From Octopus sinensis (Eukaryota): a stretch of 64,000 nucleotides of DNA. Below are positions 23,152-36,533 of this stretch, piece after piece. Under the pieces are notes generated by a model that had not been told where the DNA came from, searched no databases, and saw nothing but the letters and a program-made list of their open reading frames with translations. The translations under genes and the position numbers were made by a program. Location: contig NC_043002.1 in the NCBI RefSeq assembly GCF_006345805.1, positions 101,866,001 through 101,930,000 of the forward strand, read 5' to 3'. Positions within the stretch are counted from its first letter, which is position 1; the number at the start of each line of letters is the position of its first letter.

Positions 23152-23277
23152 GTGTATGTGTGTGTGCAAATATATCAATTCTTTTACTTGTTTCAGTTGA
23201 TTGTAGCAATGCTGGACACCAACTTTAGTCGATCAAATCGACCCCAGCACTTAATCTTATTAATACGTCCAGGAGTA

Positions 23278-23680
23278 CTAGCTGATTGTTTTTTTGTTTT
23301 CGATTGTGTACTGTATGGATGGCTTTATTGAGTTCTCATGATCAAACAGCACTTGGACATCTTCCTGGTGGGGCCAGAGTATAAACGTGTCATCAACATA
23401 TCGCAGCCATAGGGTTGGTTTTAGTGGCGTTGACCCTTTTGTAAAATTCTCAATGTATTCCATGTATATATTGGTAATTACCATTAATAATGGTGATCCC
23501 ATAGCTAAACCCACTTCTTGTCGATATATATCACTGTCCATACTGAAGTAGGTAATTTCTACACAGAAGGTCAACATTTCCATCAAGTTTCTTATTGGAA
23601 TACTAATGCATTCTTTTAGATGGGTGTCTGCCATTAGTTTTTCTTGAATCCCCGATAGTGTTTCACCAGATGTTTCCAGA
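23278..23680 (-). mobile_element. Penelope-like element RT fragment (second lineage)
   Basis: ORF contains GLAMGSPL...NIYMEY...WLRYVDDTFILW...NSIKPSIQYTIE, typical of PLE RT motifs. Confidence 0.9.
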
Positions 23681-23804
23681 AAGACTAGTGAAATTCGAAG
23701 CAATCCATCGGAGCTATACATGAAATTCATCTCAATGCAACGTATACGTTACTGGGAAAGTTTGAAGAGTTAAGACTCTTCTGTTTATAACAAAGACAGG
23801 AAAT

Positions 23805-24250
23805 GAAATATATGCAGTGGTAAACATTTGGAAAATCCTGGAAGGATATTTAACAATCTTTAGCATTGAAAGTTATACAAACAGGGGAACGGGATGCCAC
23901 TGTAGAACGACAAACATTCCACCATCACTCTCAAAATACAGGTTCAAATCTTGCAACAGCTTTAGTTTCAAGTGACCAAAGCTCTTTAATATAATTCTAA
24001 AAGGCGTGAAAGACCTGCATAGTGTGGATGTAGATGTGTTCAGAACAAAACTGGCTCTATCTCTGTCAAGGGTTCCAGATGAACCTACCTCACGGCAGGA
24101 AACACAGATGCCGAAAGCGTCATCAAACTCGCACATTCACAAAATAGCACCTTCCAGAGAAGGTTTCAAATAATATAGATGTAGCACAGCCAACGGTGGT
24201 GCCCCAGCACGACCGCACCTTTCAAGTTTAAACAACTTAAATAGCTAAAT
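23805..24250 (+). mobile_element. 5'-truncated LINE, same family as 17708-17985
   Basis: IWKILEG...ESYTN.GTGCHC...CNSFSFK*PKLFNII.K.VKDLHSVDVDVFRTKL..SLSRVPDEP; 3' UTR GGTGGTGCCCCAGCACGACCGC. Confidence 0.8.
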
Positions 24251-24271
24251 AAATATACATACATGCATCCC

Positions 24272-24363
<92 letters not shown>

Positions 24364-24420
24364 CCTATCTTCTCTCTCTCTCTCTCTCTCTTTATATATA
24401 TGTATATATATATATATATC
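24272..24420. repeat. (TATC)n-(TC)n-(TA)n compound microsatellite
   Basis: Seen directly. Confidence 0.95.
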
Positions 24421-24610
24421 TCCCCACGTTGACTTTTGACGATTACTTTCTTGCTTCTTTCAAGAAGGGCTGTGCTTGAAACGTTAAACAACTAATCTTT
24501 ACCTTTACGGAACGGTCGTATTACTAATTTCCTCCCGCTACGTCGCCACGTTTGTTTGTTTATTATTTTCTTCTTTTTTTTCTCTCTGTTTCCTTAATGA
24601 ATATATATAT

Positions 24611-24982
24611 ATTGCTAGCAGTATCACCCGCGTGCTCGTTTGTAAGGGAAAAACTATAAAGCATTTTTAGAGAGTTATAGCAAAAAAAATAGCAAAAAAA
24701 TGGAAAAAATTATGGTAATTTTTTTGAGAGTTAAAAAGGTGGAGTTGCGTCCCCATGAAGTTTGTGGTTTGTGTTTCTGATTCTCGACCCCATGTCGAAT
24801 TTATCGATTTTTTTCAGAATGGGGAACTTTCAAACTTCGCTGCGTTAGTTTTGAATTATGACATTGGGCTATGTGTGTCTCAAGTTTATCAGAATCGTTA
24901 TGAAACCGTGGTCAGGGTGGGGTACAAGCAAACAGACACACAGAAACACGCACAGACAAACTGCCGTTTATATATAGAGAGA
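24611..24982 (+). mobile_element. Non-autonomous Helitron/Helentron-like (DINE-1/Lep1-like) element
   Basis: 5' CTAGCAGTATCACCCGCGTGCTCG; 3' AAGTTTATCAGAATCG...CAAACAGACACACAG...TTTATATATAGAG, the terminal layout typical of these elements. Confidence 0.5.
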
Positions 24983-25372
24983 TATATATATATATGCACA
25001 CACACACACACACACACACACCACAACAACATATATATTATATATATATATATATATATTATATATAAGCATTAATAAATCTCTGAACGAGATATAACAG
25101 TAACCGCTCGACAAATCAGATGGCTAGTACACTTACGTTATATATATATATATATATATACACCTCTCAGGTAGACACAAATCATGCAATAAATACATCT
25201 GGTGGACAGAAAACACTATTTGTGTTTGCCAATAATGAAATTTCACACTAAATGCGTGTGTATGTATCGATGATTATGCATGTATGTATATGTAAATGCG
25301 TGTGATAAATACACATACACCCACCCACATCCATAAAGAAATCCCTCATCATATATATATATATATATACAT

Positions 25373-25411
<39 letters not shown>

Positions 25412-25475
25412 TACATATATATATACACATATGTATATATACATATATATATATACATATGTATATATCTATGTA

Positions 25476-25519
<44 letters not shown>

Positions 25520-26054
25520 ATATATGTAAGTATATATATAAAGAATGATACACATAGTGAAAACTAGAGCGATGAACACAGAGGAGACGAAGCGAGAAAG
25601 GGCAATAAATAAACTATTGACACATGACACATATATAGTTGTACATATATACATTTATGTATATATATATGTAATGTACATATATATACACGCATGTATT
25701 TGTATTTATGTATGTATATAAGTGTGTATGTGTATATATACATATATGTATGTGTGGTGTGTATGTGAAAAAAGATACGAACGTAGACTGTGAGGAAAGC
25801 AATGTTACCGTTACTAAGCAGTGTCATTTGTCACGGTTGTATAAAGATATCAAGGAACCGGAGAGTCTTATTAATTATAATGTAATTTACTCCAATGCAA
25901 GCTTATAAAATGTCAATAGGAATATTGAAAATAGACGTGAGTGTCGTCATGGCAACACGATCGATCACACACACGCATTCTGCGATACATTTATTATGGA
26001 GGGAAATGTATACATACGCGCATGTGCATATATGGATGTGTGCGTCTGCGTGTG

Positions 26055-26091
<37 letters not shown>

Positions 26092-26152
26092 TTGTATGTA
26101 TATTCTCTGTAGTTTTAGCTCAGAGCTGCGGCCAAGCTGATGCACCGCCGTT

Positions 26153-26193
<41 letters not shown>

Positions 26194-26339
26194 AATATAT
26201 TTATACCTATTAATATATATATATATACATATGTGTAAATATGTATATGCATGTGTATCAATATTCATACAAGTATATATACATATGCATACACACACAC
26301 AGACTCACACATATATACAGTTGAAATTTATAAAACATA

Positions 26340-26445
26340 AAAAGGGAAGACAGGTGAATGAACAACAAGAAGGTGTATTAGTTTGACGCTTGGGAAAATG
26401 AAAATGTCTTTTACGTTTCGAGCCTACGCTCTTCAAAAGAGATGA
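26340..26445 (-). mobile_element. PLE pLTR-like cassette with hammerhead-like motif (duplicated at ~27480-27590)
   Basis: Minus strand TCTTTTGAAGAGCGTAGGCTCGAAACGTAAAAGA. Confidence 0.6.
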
Positions 26446-26467
26446 ATAAAATAAAATAAATTACTAA

Positions 26468-26501
<34 letters not shown>

Positions 26502-27089
26502 TCGTGTGTGTTTATGCTGATATGTATGTATGACTATGTATATAAGGGCAAAAGTTATTGAATAATTATTTCCTGCATGCTAAAAACGGCAGTCAAAGCC
26601 TAAAACTATGAAAGATTATTCTTACAATAAAGCACGTTCATTTGTATGCGAGTCCGTCATTTGGTTAAATAAAGCATAATAAACCTTATACTTGTAAGTT
26701 TCGCTCTTACTGAACAAATAAATCAACTAATAAGATAATTAACTGATTCTTTTAATCATCCGTAGGTCAACAGTAAGGTCGCTAATTAAATGCATAAACA
26801 TAAAATACAATACGTACCGCAAACACAAAGTAAAGCCATACGCACTCAGTTCCATGTTTATACATCATGGATTTTCCTCCGAATGCCCTGTAAACAATGT
26901 TTCACACCAGAGTAGGATAGCAGTGAATAAATTCAAACGTATAGATCGAGCTGTAGAATTTAAATATTTAACTTGATAAATATTAGCAGAAAATTATTCA
27001 CCACTCGCTAGCATGGGTAATAAGAGTCAAAAGAAATAAATATCTAAAAATATATGTTATATATATTATATATATATGGATATAAATAT

Positions 27090-27225
27090 ACACACGGGCT
27101 TCTTTCAGTTTCCGTCTACTAAATCCACTCACGAGGCTTTAGTCGGTGCCTGGCTATAGTAGAAGAGGCTTGCTCAAATTACCACGCATTGGAGTTGAAT
27201 TCTGAACCATGTGGTTTGTAAGCAC
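27090..27225 (-). mobile_element. SINE family B 5' fragment (duplicated at ~28230-28370)
   Basis: GGGCTTCTTTCAGTTTCCGTCTACTAAATCCACTCAC. Confidence 0.8.
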
Positions 27226-28422
27226 ACACACACATATGTGTGTATATGCATATATATATATGTGTATATATATATATATATAATATATATATATAATATA
27301 TAATATATATATATATATATTATATATATATATATCCAATATATTTATACCTATTAATATATATATATAATACATATGTGTAAATATGTATATGCATGTG
27401 TATCATATTCATACAAGTATATATACATATGGCATACACACACACAGACTCACACATATATACAGTTGAAATTTATAAAACATAAAAAGGGAAGACAGGT
27501 GAATGAACAACAAGAAGGTGTATTAGTTTGACGCTTGGGAAAATGAAAATGTCTTTTACGTTTCGAGCCTACGCTCTTCAAAAGAGATGAATAAAATAAA
27601 ATAAATTACTAAATATATATGTGTGTGTGTGTGTGTGCTCGTGTGTGTTTATGCTGATATGTATGTATGACTATGTATATAAGGGCAAAAGTTATTGAAT
27701 AATTATTTCCTGCATGCTAAAAACGGCAGTCAAAGCCTAAAACTATGAAAGATTATTCTTACAATAAAGCACGTTCATTTGTATGCGAGTCCGTCATTTG
27801 GTTAAATAAAGCATAATAAACCTTATACTTGTAAGTTTCGCTCTTACTGAACAAATAAATCAACTAATAAGATAATTAACTGATTCTTTTAATCATCCGT
27901 AGGTCAACAGTAAGGTCGCTAATTAAATGCATAAACATAAAATACAATACGTACCGCAAACACAAAGTAAAGCCATACGCACTCAGTTCCATGTTTATAC
28001 ATCATGGATTTTCCTCCGAATGCCCTGAAAACAATGTTTCACACCAGAGTAGGATAGCAGTGAATAAATTCAAACGTATAGATCGAGCTGTAGAATTTAA
28101 ATATTTAACTTGATAAATATTAGCAGAAAATTATTAACCACTCGCTAGCATGGGTAATAAGAGTCAAAAGAAATAAATATCTAAAAATATATGTTATATA
28201 TATTATATATATATGGATATAAATATACACAACGGGCTTCTTTCAGTTTCCGTCTACTAAATCCACTCACGAGGCTTTAGTCGGTGCCTGGCTATAGTAG
28301 AAGAGGCTTGCTCAAATTACCACGCATTGGAGTTGAATTCTGAACCATGTGGTTTGTAAGCACACACACACATATGTGTGTATATGCATATATATATATG
28401 TGTATATATATATATATATAAT

Positions 28423-28470
<48 letters not shown>

Positions 28471-29124
28471 ATATATATATACAGAGGGAGAGAGAGAGAT
28501 AGAGATAAATAAAGAAATGGTGTTAAATGCAGGTGTTATTCATATCTTTATACTTCCGACATATGTTTCGATGAAAACATTGGTATTATACCAGAGGGAA
28601 TGAAATGATGTAAAACAATGCGTTGTTATCAGGGAAAAGAAAGAGAAACAAAATGCATCAAAAAGCCATTTTAACCGAATGTGATTACTGCCTATATGAT
28701 GATGGGAAATCTGGCTAATAGATTTAACGTCAAATGCAATTTATAGAAAGAGAAGGATAAAGAAAGAAATTAGCAGAAAACTAATAATGGAGAAATGTAG
28801 TGCGATGAATGATTGGGAATATAGCTTAAAGGCGTGGAAATTGATGTATTCAGTGAAAATGAAATGTGAGAAGACAGTTAAAGTTCGAATGTTATAGATT
28901 GTTAGAAATTACTTATAGGAATTAAAGCTAAGTTTTGCCAATGATTACAATGATAAACGCGTTCTTTAAAAGTGTTTTCAAGAGAATTCTCTGAGAAAAG
29001 GGTGAGATAGAGTTCTTCGTTTCAGAGCGGACGAGAAGATTTACCTTTATCATATGGAAAGGACCTAGATAGAATATTCCATTCCAAGTCAAATCGTTTA
29101 TCATGTTCCTTTAATAAATTAATT

Positions 29125-29345
29125 TGGTCTCTAGTTCCTTAGACGGCAAGTTCGGTTTGAAGAATCCGTTCGTGAGCCCCTCATAAGACATTCTAAGCAC
29201 ATGTCTGTAGTACTGGAGCTGTGACTTCTCAATACGGAGAAATAATGAATCAAACAGGAGCTCTTCGAGCTACGCATCGTCTCGCGTAACTTTACTCCAA
29301 GGATCCTTTGAAGGAATCCCTTCACGGCCGCTTGCATTCGTGACT
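29125..29345 (-). mobile_element. RTE-clade LINE ORF C-terminal remnant
   Basis: RMQAAVKGFLQRILGVKLRETMRSS, then after a frameshift LFLRIEKSQLQYYRHVLRM (cf. RTE 'RIQAAEMxFLR...LHIERSQLRWxGHVxRM'). Confidence 0.75.
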
Positions 29346-30523
29346 CAACCTTCCTTGTTTGAATCCCGAATTGAAGTTAGCAAACGCAATGAAATATACT
29401 TGCCTAATATTCAACTTGGAAAATCGAACTGCAAATTTTAATCGTACGAAAGAAATAAAATTTCTTTTTCAGGATTTGAAAGCGGAACGTAGACGAATGA
29501 ATATAGAGAAAGCCACCAGAAATTTATTTTACTGATTCTGCCATTTCGAGGCCCTCGTGAACTGCAATAATACTATAATGCATGAAAATTCGATTGACCT
29601 ACTGTCCGAAAAACAATGCAAAAGATGTGAATAAAGAAAATAAGAAGAATGGGAGCTTGAAATAACCTTACCATAGTTTGGTGTGCCAGAATATGGACAG
29701 AAAACTGGAGAAAAAGAGAGGAAAACGATATTTTATTTTAGGAATAAAATAAAAAAATATATATATATCAGCAAAAGTTTAAGCAAATCAATCAATAAAA
29801 AGCAAAATAGAAAGTAATAAAATATATCTAAACGAACAAAGTATGTGCTAAAGAAATTTGAGGTTTGCTAAACTCATCAATATTCTTGGCGTTCTCCTGC
29901 GTTTGAAGAGGAGTATTAGTCGTCTGAACAATGGAGGTCATTGTTGTTATCCACAAGTCCAGCTGTCAGAAATGACGCTGCAAAAATAACAGCTTCTGCT
30001 CCGCACGTTGTCGAGTGGACTACTAATGTGAGTTCAATATCGGACGGACATACAAGATACTACACTCAACACTTCTTTCTCGTCTAAAATAGACGATGGA
30101 AAAAGAAAAATATATGTAAAAAAGAAAAGAACACCACCAAAACAATAGCAAAAATAAAAATAAAAAATGGTCGTCTGCTTTAAAGAGTCTTCTCCAATTT
30201 CTTCTTTCATTTATTATTCTTGTTATTATTTCTTTTGGTTCATACGATATTTTTATCATCATATCCAATTTTCTTTTCACCAGAAATGGAGGAAGAAATA
30301 CAACTCTACGTGCGTATGCGAGTGAATATGTGTTGCGTGTTGATAGGTGTGTGTGGTATATATGCATCGAATTATGTATATGTGAGAAGAATGATTTTCG
30401 AACACAATAGATATACATTTATACGAAAAATACTTACAAATAATGCTTACACACGCTCGAATACAGCGACATACATACATACATATATACCTACAAACAT
30501 TATACATATATATATATATATAT

Positions 30524-30590
<67 letters not shown>

Positions 30591-30829
30591 ATGTATGTAT
30601 GTATGTAAAGACAGTGCAAGGAAACACTGCAGACATATAGACAGGAAGGTGCGCACATACACACATTATTCAAAGATTATGTATCACAATTTGGATAATC
30701 GACTTGTATCGATCACTGTCCATTTATCGATGGATAGATATAGGCTGTCATTCTAGTTCACAATACAAACCTGCACCTATTTCCTCTCTATTCATCTACC
30801 TAACTATGTACCTACCAACCTACTTATCT

Positions 30830-30842
30830 ATGTGTCTGTCTG

Positions 30843-30874
<32 letters not shown>

Positions 30875-30905
30875 CGTATCTATCTATTTATCTATCTATC
30901 TATCC

Positions 30906-30936
<31 letters not shown>

Positions 30937-30949
30937 CATCTATCTATCC

Positions 30950-30980
<31 letters not shown>

Positions 30981-31004
30981 CATCTATATATCTATCTATT
31001 TATC

Positions 31005-31035
<31 letters not shown>

Positions 31036-31056
31036 CCATCTATCTATTTATCTATA

Positions 31057-31099
<43 letters not shown>

Positions 31100-31200
31100 T
31101 TATCTATCTGTCTGTGTGTCTGTCTGTCTATCTATTTATCTATCTATCTAACTATCCTATCTATCTATTATCTATTTATTTATCTAGCTAGCAAGCTATC
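30830..31200. repeat. Long (TATC)n array
   Basis: About 370 bp of TATC with TCCA/TTTA/TGTC variants. Confidence 0.95.
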
Positions 31201-32149
31201 TCTATCTTTTTCTCTTACGTATTCATATTTGTGTATAAGTGCATATACATATGCTCACATCTACAAACACGGACACACTCCACACTCACATAGAAATTTA
31301 ATCTTTCTCTCACGATGACGGCTAGTATAAGCTGTATATTGGAGTATTTATTTACATGTCTGCGTTCAAATCCTGTGTTTCAATGGTCGAAGGAAAATAA
31401 CAGAAATATTAGTCAAATATTGCGATTGATTTTATTATTTTCATCCCTGGCACTAAGAATTGTTGGGTTTTTTTTGACAACGTAACGGTTTCATAATCAA
31501 TACATAATTATTTTGAAAACGGTCCCATTTCCACCCACACACACTACTCAAATATTCCCTGATGGCCTGCTACAGCAGTAGCCAAATCTTAAAAATTCTT
31601 GAAATGAACGATTCATTCTGAATATGAAGCATAAAATGTTTGAGGGAAAATCTATTTTCTTCTCAAATTCGTGATTGGATACGCGAAACAGCGAGAGAAA
31701 TTGCATCAACATAATATATGTTCAAGGTATTTGAACCTGTGATGAATAACAATGGAATATTTTTCAAACATATTTTAAATGGTTTGAAATTTGTATAATT
31801 TTCTTCACTCTTTCGGGCTCCAACTCATGATTTTTTCGGACTGTTAGCCTATATGCACAATCAGTACATTTTGATTATGGTGTTTTAAGCATTTTCTGAC
31901 TTAAACGAGAAGTTTGTATCCAAATCTATGCCGGCTTCAGAGATGACGCTAAGATCTCAGAAAATGTGAGTGGCAAGATGCAGAAAACGGGTGTTTTGCG
32001 CTTCGATCCCTTGAGAGTAAAGTTGTGTCATAATCTCATTTAGTTTCAGCGTTATTTCATAACGTCCGGACCTCAACAATACTCACGGACTTTATCAGAA
32101 AATAGCTGGGATCATTCTCTGTGTCTCCATATGTATACATGTTATGTTA

Positions 32150-32303
32150 TGTGGCTGTCTAGTAAGAAGCTTGCTTCCCAACAATATGGTCGCACGTTCA
32201 GTTCTACTGCTTGTCACCTTGAGCAAGTATCATCTAGTATAGCGTCAGGCCGACCAAAACCTTGAGAGTGGATTTGGTGGTCGGAAACTAAAAGAAGCCT
32301 GTC

Positions 32304-32341
<38 letters not shown>

Positions 32342-32585
32342 CAGTGTGCGTATTTATCTATGTGTGTTTGTGTTTTTGTGTCTGTGTTTGTCCTCGTCAC
32401 CGCTTGACAACCGGTGTTGGTGTGTTTACGTCCCTGTAACTCAGCGGTTAGCAAAAGAGACCGATAGAATAAGTACCAGGCTGAAAATGTAAGTACTGGT
32501 GTCGAAACATTCAACTAAAATTTCAAGGCGGTGCCCCACTACGGCCGTAGTTTAATGACTGAATCAAATAAAGGATAAGACAAGA
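32150..32585 (+). mobile_element. SINE family B, diverged full length
   Basis: Head GTGGCTGTCTAGTAAGAAGCTTGC, internal TA/TG tract, tail GGCGGTGCCCCACTACGGCCG. Confidence 0.85.
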
Positions 32586-32586
32586 C

Positions 32587-32627
<41 letters not shown>

Positions 32628-33989
32628 TACATATATATATATATATATAAACATGCATATGTATACGTGTGTGCGTGTGTATGTGTATCAATATACGTGG
32701 ATAAACATACACGCACACTCAAACACATACACGCGCATATGTGTTTATATACCTTTCAAGCTTATGACCATCACTACTTTGGCTGTTTATAGCGCGTCTT
32801 AAAAGCGACAGTCAGTTCTATCTATATGCTGTATTTCTTCGTATACTCTCATTCTTTTGCGAAGAAGATTTTTTATGAAATTTCACGTTGCCGAATTAAT
32901 TTACAACTTGAAATATCAAATAATTTCGATGCCATATTTTTCTCTTGTGTTAGTGGTCCGTCTCTTTCATTTTTAATCAATTTCTCTAATTCCGTATTTT
33001 TTGTTGTGTCTGGGGAGAGTCATTTTTTTTTGTGCCTTATAATGCAACACAATCACCGGTAAAATTTCCACTTGTTTCTTATTTTTATTTTCCTAAAATT
33101 TTCGTTGCGTCTTGCAACCTTTTCAATAGTCTTGACTCTGTCCGTTATTTACACTGCGTTCCCTTTTGTTTGTTTGTGCGCATGTGTGTGGGTTAGTGTG
33201 TTTATGTGTTCCTATGCCTGCATGCATGTACGTATGCATGTATGTGTGTGTTTGCATGTGTATGCATATGTATATATGTATGTATGTGTGTGCATCTGTA
33301 TGTACGTATCCTGCATATTTATGTGCTTGCATGTCCGTGTTTGAGTATTTTCAATATACGTGTGTGTGAGCATGTGTTTGTATGTGTATGCACTTCTGTC
33401 TTCTTGTGCGTGCATGTCTGTGTGTGTGTGTGTGTTATGCAACAATGTACCATGTTTGTATGCATGGATGTGCATCTTTATATGTGTGGATCCGTGTTAA
33501 CACACGAACTCATATAAAGAATCTTCCAAACCAAATCCAAAACGAAACGTATTGTTTTATTCTTTTCGGCTACTTCCTTTGTTTACATGGTTACTTTAAT
33601 GAAATGCTTTAATTTCTTTGAAAGCCTTAGAAACATTAATCAAGTGCATATCTTAGGTGTATTTTCAGTATTCCCCATCTCTGATTTAATATTTCATTAC
33701 CTTTTTTCTTCTGAAAAGCATTATATTCCACAGTTAGCATGCCTGTCCATGTAAATATACTTCTAGACATTACATCCCATGCTCTTTGTTTTCATCGCTA
33801 TTTCTTTGGTTCGAAGTCTATTCCCTGCTCTAAATGATTTGGTAAATACTTTTGTAACTTCTGAATTCTCTGATCTATATATTTCCATCACCATTTTGTA
33901 ATTCCAACATGCTCCACTTAGGTTCCTTCGTATACTTCTATTACATTTCCTAAAGGTGGTGACTCGGTAAGATAATGGTTCTGCCAGGA

Positions 33990-34165
33990 AAAATACTTAG
34001 CCGCATTTCGTCAGTCTTCACGTTGCGAGTTCAAAATCCGGTGAGGGTGGCATTGCCTTTAATCATTTCGGTGTCGATAAAATAAACACCAGTTGAACAC
34101 TGGGGTCATATGATTGAATTCCTCCCTCCGAAACTTTGACCTATGCCAAAATTCGGAACGAATTT
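33990..34165 (+). mobile_element. Diverged SINE family A
   Basis: GCATTTCGTCAG...GAGTTCAAAATCCGG...GCCTTTAATCATTTCGGTGTCGATAAAAT. Confidence 0.65.
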
Positions 34166-35017
34166 GAAATTTCCTAAACACTCTGTAATTTCCTTGAATT
34201 TCTCTTTCTGAAATAGCCGAGACAAATTTAAGAAACATATGTTACATCCCTATTAAACAAGATCAGAAAGTAGCTGAAAAAATGAGCGGCGGCACGGAGT
34301 GTTCTTCTCAAGGAGGAATCTACTTTCAACACATTTCAGGAATTGTTTGTCTGCAATTGACGCGGGAGATCAGGAAGCTGTACCGTGTCCTTGCAATTCT
34401 ACGCCCAAACCTACAAAAAGTGTGCTACCTTTGCAGGTAGGTGATGGACCCGAAGGTGAAACCCAAAGCACATTGTGTTCGTTTTAGCAGCATACAATTC
34501 TCGCCCACCCGGCCCTAGAGATCAACCATTAACTGCCGGACTTTTTTACGGTCATTCAGAGTCACCTTTTAATTTTTCTAATTTCAATCATTGGACTTCG
34601 GAATCTGGAGACATCGTCAAAAAAGTGAGGCCCAGGATAATAAGGAGCTGTTGAAAGCTTCCGTTGTACAGTAAATGGACAACAGGTGCGAGAGATTCTT
34701 CCTAGCACTCAGTCAATTCCATACACGATGCCCACCTACCATTGACTCTCAGGATATTTTTTTCTAAAGAATTATTTCTTTAACATATCTAGTCCAACAT
34801 GCTTACCAGTTTTATGAGTAAAAGAGACATTACTAAATTTTCCGATGTAATACTTTTGTTCCCTTATAAAAGATTTGCTAATGCACACGCACGCATACAC
34901 TTATATCAATCTCCATGCGTATAAACACAAGCTTATAGATAAAGTTAGAGAAACATACGTACATATATGCACATATATTTATGCGTGTATATATGTGCGT
35001 TTATAAACACACACATA

Positions 35018-35082
<65 letters not shown>

Positions 35083-35433
35083 CAGTAAAACAATTAAGAT
35101 TCAAGTGAGTTCCAATGAATTCACATGATGTGGTACTTAGCTTAGATGCACCAAAAATCTTTATGGTATTAACCATAAAATAATGTGTGGTGATTTTAAA
35201 CAAAAAAAAAGCAACAAGAATGGATTAGTTGTTCAGTACAATTGTTTCATACGAAGAATAGATTTATTAAAAGTTGCAAAAATTCTTGTATATATATATA
35301 TATAAATAGCAGTCGATAATCATTCGACGTTGGGTAAAGCTTCACTGAATGTATAGAGGCAAAGATGTGGGAGGGCGACGAATGCACAAAAATATTTCAT
35401 GTTACCTCTAGGAAGAAAGCGAGAGAAATAGAC

Positions 35434-35509
35434 AACCTCGTACTCGAGTTTCGGACTTTTTAAAATACGTTTGTTATGGTAAAACTGATTGGTCATCGTC
35501 AGTGAGGTC
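35434..35509 (-). ncRNA. Type-I hammerhead ribozyme motif (HHR-2)
   Basis: GACCUCA-CUGACGA-UGAC..GUCC-GAAAC-UCGA-GUA-CGAGGUU: intact core, palindromic loop III, GUA site. Confidence 0.7.
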
Positions 35510-35699
35510 TACCGAAGAGACTGAATTTAAAATATTTGCTACATCAATGCCTGTATACTCGGCCAATAACCCCAGCCATAAACAAGTGAAAGGTTAGCAT
35601 CTCCATACACTCATCATGGTCAAGATGAGTATGTATGAAAGTTCTTGACAGGGAATTCACAGTTTATAAAATATTAGATACAAGAATAAAGTTAAAGCA

Positions 35700-36100
35700 G
35701 TAGACAGAAGAATAAGAGTTCTTAATATAGGTATCACTCAATATAGACAAACAATTCCTCGACATATCTCTTAAGGACATTCCCAATCAATATAAAAAAA
35801 GATTCCCCCTACTTTTACTAACAACTGTAAGACATTCGATAATTAATTAATTACTTCAACTTCACCTTGCTCTAGTTACATATTCTAAATGACTTGATAT
35901 ACTCGTCCTGCCTTAGTTTTCTCTGACCTTTTCCTTTAATATACACCTGCTAACTCGGAAGCCTACTACGGATACCTAGCAGCAGCCTCAGCTGTGAACT
36001 TGGAACCTAATGGAACTACTTACCTCCCTTACACATAATCGTTTTACTCAGGGACTAGTAGACTTGACAGCGATCATTAATCGGTGTGCATTCAAAGCAA
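35700..36100 (+). mobile_element. Possible highly decayed PLE ORF (post-RT / GIY-YIG region)
   Basis: IDKQFLDISLKDIPNQYKKRF.....TVRHS weakly resembles PLE 'IGKxFL.LI.KHFP....KIF...TVKLSYS'; lies next to the hammerhead motif. Confidence 0.3.
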
Positions 36101-36533
36101 TGAATAGTAACTTCACGAAACCGGTATGCTTTTGAATCTCTTTAACAATTCAGAATAATGACTATTATTAATTTTATTCCTACCTATGTTCATCTAATTG
36201 TATATATCTGTCGTTACTTTTCATCAAAAGCCTTTACCATTTTTGATTCCCAATGTGCATTTCCGCTTATTTTTCTTCTTACTTTTCCCTTACATTTCCA
36301 CGTGTAGTTTCGATTTTCTTTTCGTAACATATTTCTATTATATATATATATACACAAATATTCTATAATTATAAACAATTATAATTAGGGGTCAGCTAAT
36401 TGCTTCACCACATACCGAATTTAGAAATAGGAGTTAAAAATTCCTTTTCTACTACTGTAAGATTATCCACGACAGTAACACACTTTTTTACGTAGCAAAG
36501 TAAAAAACAATGAATCCACAACGACTCTGATTA

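Larger units (their letters stand above)
26192..28470 (+). repeat. Near-identical 1,144-bp tandem duplication (units start at 26192 and 27336)
   Basis: Copies differ by a few single-base indels or substitutions; breakpoints lie in (TA)n. Confidence 0.95.

Noticed and set aside
29920-30035. Possible 36-codon exon ending at AAT|GTGAGT
   Set aside because: Poor acceptor and no recognisable peptide
34290-34490. Possible LINE endonuclease remnant on the minus strand (ADKQFLKCVESRFL)
   Set aside because: Similarity too short to support
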